DNA of 32,000 nucleotides from Okeania sp. (GTDB lineage Bacteria; Cyanobacteriota; Cyanobacteriia; Cyanobacteriales; Microcoleaceae): NCBI RefSeq assembly GCF_035285525.1, contig NZ_JAYKGW010000012.1, positions 1 to 32,000 of the forward strand, read 5' to 3'. Shown piece by piece: positions 28,718 to 32,000 of this stretch (position 1 is its first letter; each line of letters starts with the position of its first letter). The notes under the pieces were generated by a model. It saw only the letters and a program-made list of their open reading frames with translations, ran no database searches and was not told where the DNA came from. The position numbers and the translations under genes were made by a program.

Positions 28718-29932
28718 ATGAAAAAGTTAAAAGTTTTGGCAGGAAATCTAACTATGATTTTTGCCAGTTTATTTGTGGCGGTAGCGATCGCTGAAATAGG
28801 AGTAAGAATTGCTGGTTTAGAGGGATTAAAAAAAAAGCCAGAAACTACCCATGCAGAATTTTATCCGACATTTTATACTATTCCTCATCCGGTTAGAGGT
28901 TGGGAATATAGAGCCAATGTTTCTGGTTGGTCAACCAATGAAGGAAAGGCTTATTTAGAATTTAATAGTCATGGTCTTAGAGGACCGGAAATTACTAAAG
29001 CTAAACCAGAAAATACTCTACGAATAGCTGTACTTGGAGATTCTTTTACTGCAGCAGTTCAAGTTTCTTATCAGCAAACTTTTGTGGCAGTAATGCAAAA
29101 AGAATTGGAACAATGTACAAATTTAAAAGGTAAAAAAGTAGAGGTAATTAATTTTGGTGTTGATGGTTATGGAACTGCCCAACAGTTATTAACTCTTCGG
29201 GAAAAAGTTTGGGATTTTCAGCCAGATATTGTGCTTTTAGCTTTTTATAATGGCAACGATGTTACGGATAATTATCGAGAGTTAGAAGATAATCATTATC
29301 GACCTTTTTTTGTCTATAAAAATGGGAAGTTAGAATTAGATTTATCTTTTAGCAAGTTACCTACAAGTCAAGCAAATCGTTATATGATTACCACAGTTGA
29401 TAAATTACCAACTTGGCTAGTAAATAATATCAGAATTTTACAAATAATCAAAAAAGTAGAGGTTGATCAAAAGAAGAGATATGCTGCCAGACACTTTGAA
29501 ACCATACAAGCAAATATATTTAGAGAACCGCCAAATTCTGATTGGCAAGAAGCTTGGAAAATTACAGATGAATTAATAGGAATTATGGCAAAAGAAGTAC
29601 AGGAAAAAGGAGCTGAATTTAAAATAGCTACAGTGATGAATGATATGCAAATAAATCCCGATAGACAATGGCGAGAAGGATATGCAAAAATTATGAATAT
29701 TCAAGACTGGTATTATCCGACAAAAAGACTGCAAAATTTAGGAGAAACTCATAATTTTTCTGTGATTGATTTAATCAAACCTTTTGATGATTATGTTCAG
29801 AAAAATCCTGTTTGTGTTCATGGGTTTAAAAACACAAAAATGTGTACAGGACATTGGAATGCTACAGGACATAAATTAGCAGGAGAAATTATTGCTAAAA
29901 ATTTATGTCAAGAGGGTGTATCGAAATTTTGA
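28718..29932 (+). CDS. Membrane-anchored SGNH/GDSL-type hydrolase or acyltransferase-like protein, paralogue A
   Basis: 404 aa with an N-terminal signal anchor (MKKLKVLAGNLTMIFASLFVAVAIAEIGVRIAG). SGNH block I is IAVLGDSFT, block II is NFGVDGYGT, block III is FYNGNDV. The C-terminal region is HGFKNTKMCTGHWNATGHKLAGE. Confidence 0.75.
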   Translation: MKKLKVLAGNLTMIFASLFVAVAIAEIGVRIAGLEGLKKKPETTHAEFYPTFYTIPHPVRGWEYRANVSGWSTNEGKAYLEFNSHGLRGPEITKAKPENTLRIAVLGDSFTAAVQVSYQQTFVAVMQKELEQCTNLKGKKVEVINFGVDGYGTAQQLLTLREKVWDFQPDIVLLAFYNGNDVTDNYRELEDNHYRPFFVYKNGKLELDLSFSKLPTSQANRYMITTVDKLPTWLVNNIRILQIIKKVEVDQKKRYAARHFETIQANIFREPPNSDWQEAWKITDELIGIMAKEVQEKGAEFKIATVMNDMQINPDRQWREGYAKIMNIQDWYYPTKRLQNLGETHNFSVIDLIKPFDDYVQKNPVCVHGFKNTKMCTGHWNATGHKLAGEIIAKNLCQEGVSKF

Positions 29933-30505
29933 ATCAAACCAAAAATTTAGGAATTTGCAAATTAATAAAGTACCGATTTAATAAATAAAAATACTGTGTT
30001 TGTCCGCAGCGAGGCGGTAAGATTAGACTCAATCTTAATAAGATTGCTATATAAGAAAATATCCTAGCACTTTTCTATTTTTTGATATTCTTGAAAAAAG
30101 CTTGTTCAATAATTAATAATTGCCTCTTATTATCAAGAAAAAAACTGGCTAAAATAATTTTTTTTCTTTTTGAGCCATAAATAGAAAAGCTTTATATAGC
30201 AGTCGAAGCAAAAGGCGCGGACATTTTTAATTTTCATATTCTATTGTTCCCTATTAAAAAAAATTTGTAAGCATCTAGCTATTAGCAGTTAACATTCAGA
30301 TCAAGCGCAATAAAAATGAATGAAAAACACTCTTTTAACTTCTACTTTTCAACCATATATTTGATGTTTTCAAACTATCTATATTTCTGGCTAGAAATTA
30401 TAGATTTGCCTCAAAAGCTGAATTGCGAAGTTCCGACCCAGGAGGCTATCTAATAGCTGACTGCTGAATGCTTACATAATTTCTTTTTCAACTAACCTTT
30501 ATATA

Positions 30506-31723
30506 ATGAAAAAACTGAAAAATTTAGCCATCAATTTAGGATTAACATTAAGTACATTAATATTTGCTGTCGCAGTAGGTGAAATCGGTCTAAGAATAGC
30601 AGGAATTGAACAATCCCCACCGCCAAGAATGGATGCCGAAGTAGACGAAAATTCTCCCTATACTTTCCAAGATCCTTACCGAGGTTGGGCAGGAAATCCT
30701 AACGGCAAATCATTTTGGACAGGAGAAGGAATACCTTCCGAAATCAAAATGAATAGTGGAGGATTTCGGGATTATGAACGGAGTAAAACTAAACTAGAAA
30801 ATGGATTAAGAATTGCTTTATTAGGAGACTCTTTCACAGAAGCAATCCATGTAAAATTAGAAGATACTTATGGTGCAATAATAGAAAAAAATTTACAACA
30901 ATGTCCTGTCTTAAAAGACCGAAAAGTTGAGGTAATGAATTTTGGAGTCCAAGGTTATGGAACAGCTCAAGAATTAATGACATTAAGACATCATGTTTGG
31001 GATTATTCACCAGATTTAGTCATCTTAGTTTTTTTTGCTTCTAACGACCTTCGTAATAATTCTCGTGCCTTAGAACACGATCATTTACGACCCTATTTTT
31101 TCTATCAAAATGGTGAACTTGTAGCAGATATGTCGTTCCGCAATTTAAAATTTTGGGAGAGAGATATTTATGCTTTTTCTCAAGTAGATTTCTTGCCATT
31201 TTGGTTAGTGCAAAATTCTCGAATATTACAGCTAATTAGAAAAGTAGAAGTTGAAGGAAAGCACCGTCAATATATGAAAGATTATAGTGAAATTAATACT
31301 GCTTTCTACAAAGAACCAAAACCAAATTCAGATTGGTCAGAAACCTGGAAAGTGACCGAAGGTTTGATTAAATTAATGAGAGATGAAATCTATGAAAAAG
31401 GAAAAGATTTTATGGTAGTAACTGCTAGTGATGCTCATCAAGTTTTGCCGAATTTTCAAGATATTGAAGGATTTAGAAAATCTTTGAATGTACCACATTT
31501 ATTCTATCCAGATACCAGACTAAAAAATTTTGGGAAAAAGGAAAATATACCAGTTTATACTTTAGCAGGACCAATTTGGCATGAGGCTAAAAAAACAGGT
31601 AAATGTTTACATGGTTTTGATAATGCTATTCCTTGTAAAGGTCATTGGAATATAGCAGGTCATAAATTTGTAGGAGAAATAATGGCAGATTATTTGTGTA
31701 AGAGATATACTAATTCTGAATAG
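30506..31723 (+). CDS. Membrane-anchored SGNH/GDSL-type hydrolase or acyltransferase-like protein, paralogue B
   Basis: 405 aa, collinear with paralogue A (roughly 45% identity by eye). It carries MKKLKNLAINLGLTLSTLIFAVAVGEIGLRIAG, IALLGDSFT, NFGVQGYGT, FFASNDL and HGFDNAIPCKGHWNIAGHKFVGE. Confidence 0.75.
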   Translation: MKKLKNLAINLGLTLSTLIFAVAVGEIGLRIAGIEQSPPPRMDAEVDENSPYTFQDPYRGWAGNPNGKSFWTGEGIPSEIKMNSGGFRDYERSKTKLENGLRIALLGDSFTEAIHVKLEDTYGAIIEKNLQQCPVLKDRKVEVMNFGVQGYGTAQELMTLRHHVWDYSPDLVILVFFASNDLRNNSRALEHDHLRPYFFYQNGELVADMSFRNLKFWERDIYAFSQVDFLPFWLVQNSRILQLIRKVEVEGKHRQYMKDYSEINTAFYKEPKPNSDWSETWKVTEGLIKLMRDEIYEKGKDFMVVTASDAHQVLPNFQDIEGFRKSLNVPHLFYPDTRLKNFGKKENIPVYTLAGPIWHEAKKTGKCLHGFDNAIPCKGHWNIAGHKFVGEIMADYLCKRYTNSE

Positions 31724-31767
31724 TATTTATACAACGTTATTAGGGTGAATAAAAATTCGCAAATGCC

Positions 31768-31938
31768 ATGAAAAATTGGAAATTGATGCAGGGAATAAAA
31801 ACAGGATTCAGTTTAGTTAGTATTAACTTGGTTTTAGCATTTCTGAATTTAAAGGCTGTTTCATTAGGATTTTATTATTCTCAGATCAAGAAACTATTTT
31901 ATACTCGAAAAAATACTACTTCTCAAGTCCGGGAATAA
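31768..31938 (+). CDS. Possible short membrane ORF (56 aa), or the 5' part of a gene interrupted by a stop
   Basis: Hand-read ORF MKNWKLMQGIKTGFSLVSINLVLAFLNLKAVSLGFYYSQIKKLFYTRKNTTSQVRE*. The same frame stays open after the TAA to the window edge (LEKTGTRLATDIINKSVLER..). Confidence 0.2.
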   Translation: MKNWKLMQGIKTGFSLVSINLVLAFLNLKAVSLGFYYSQIKKLFYTRKNTTSQVRE

Positions 31939-32000
31939 TTGGAAAAAACAGGAACTAGACTGGCTACAGATATAATTAATAAATCTGTATTAGAGCGACT

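Overview
This window looks like a chromosomal segment of a filamentous Nostocales-type cyanobacterium. That assignment is an inference from: about 14 copies of the HIP1 octamer GCGATCGC; 7-8-nt STRR-like tandem repeats in almost every spacer; a CIRCE/K-box-controlled groESL operon; a ccmK3-ccmK4 carboxysome shell satellite locus; and proteins that read like Nostoc/Anabaena orthologues. The sequence is AT-rich by eye; G+C was not computed.

Intact housekeeping genes: an SDR oxidoreductase, a DUF21-CBS (CNNM) protein, an EamA transporter, leuA, a LabA/NYN protein, a NarL-type response regulator, a thioredoxin-like [2Fe-2S] ferredoxin, groES-groEL, bifunctional putA, a 933-aa TPR protein, ccmK3 and ccmK4.

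There are unusually many decayed genes for 32 kb:
- a type II restriction-endonuclease-like gene (insertion plus 2 in-frame stops);
- a frameshifted Uma2 nuclease;
- an IS4/IS701-like insertion sequence whose transposase is riddled with stops;
- remnants of the phosphonate C-P lyase ATPases phnK and phnL.

The spacers are packed with several dispersed, MITE-like repeat families.

The most unusual locus is 27.6-32 kb. It holds a translationally coupled SxtJ-like / DUF5989(SxtK)-like membrane protein pair; the second ORF is below the ORF-track cutoff. Two duplicated membrane-anchored SGNH-type proteins with a non-canonical catalytic block follow. The carbamoyltransferase gene that normally accompanies SxtJ/SxtK homologues is absent. 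I flag this as a candidate uncharacterised envelope-modification module.

No rRNA, tRNA or CRISPR array was recognised. All family assignments come from reading motifs, not from searches. Coordinates of features not in the ORF track may be off by 1-3 nt.
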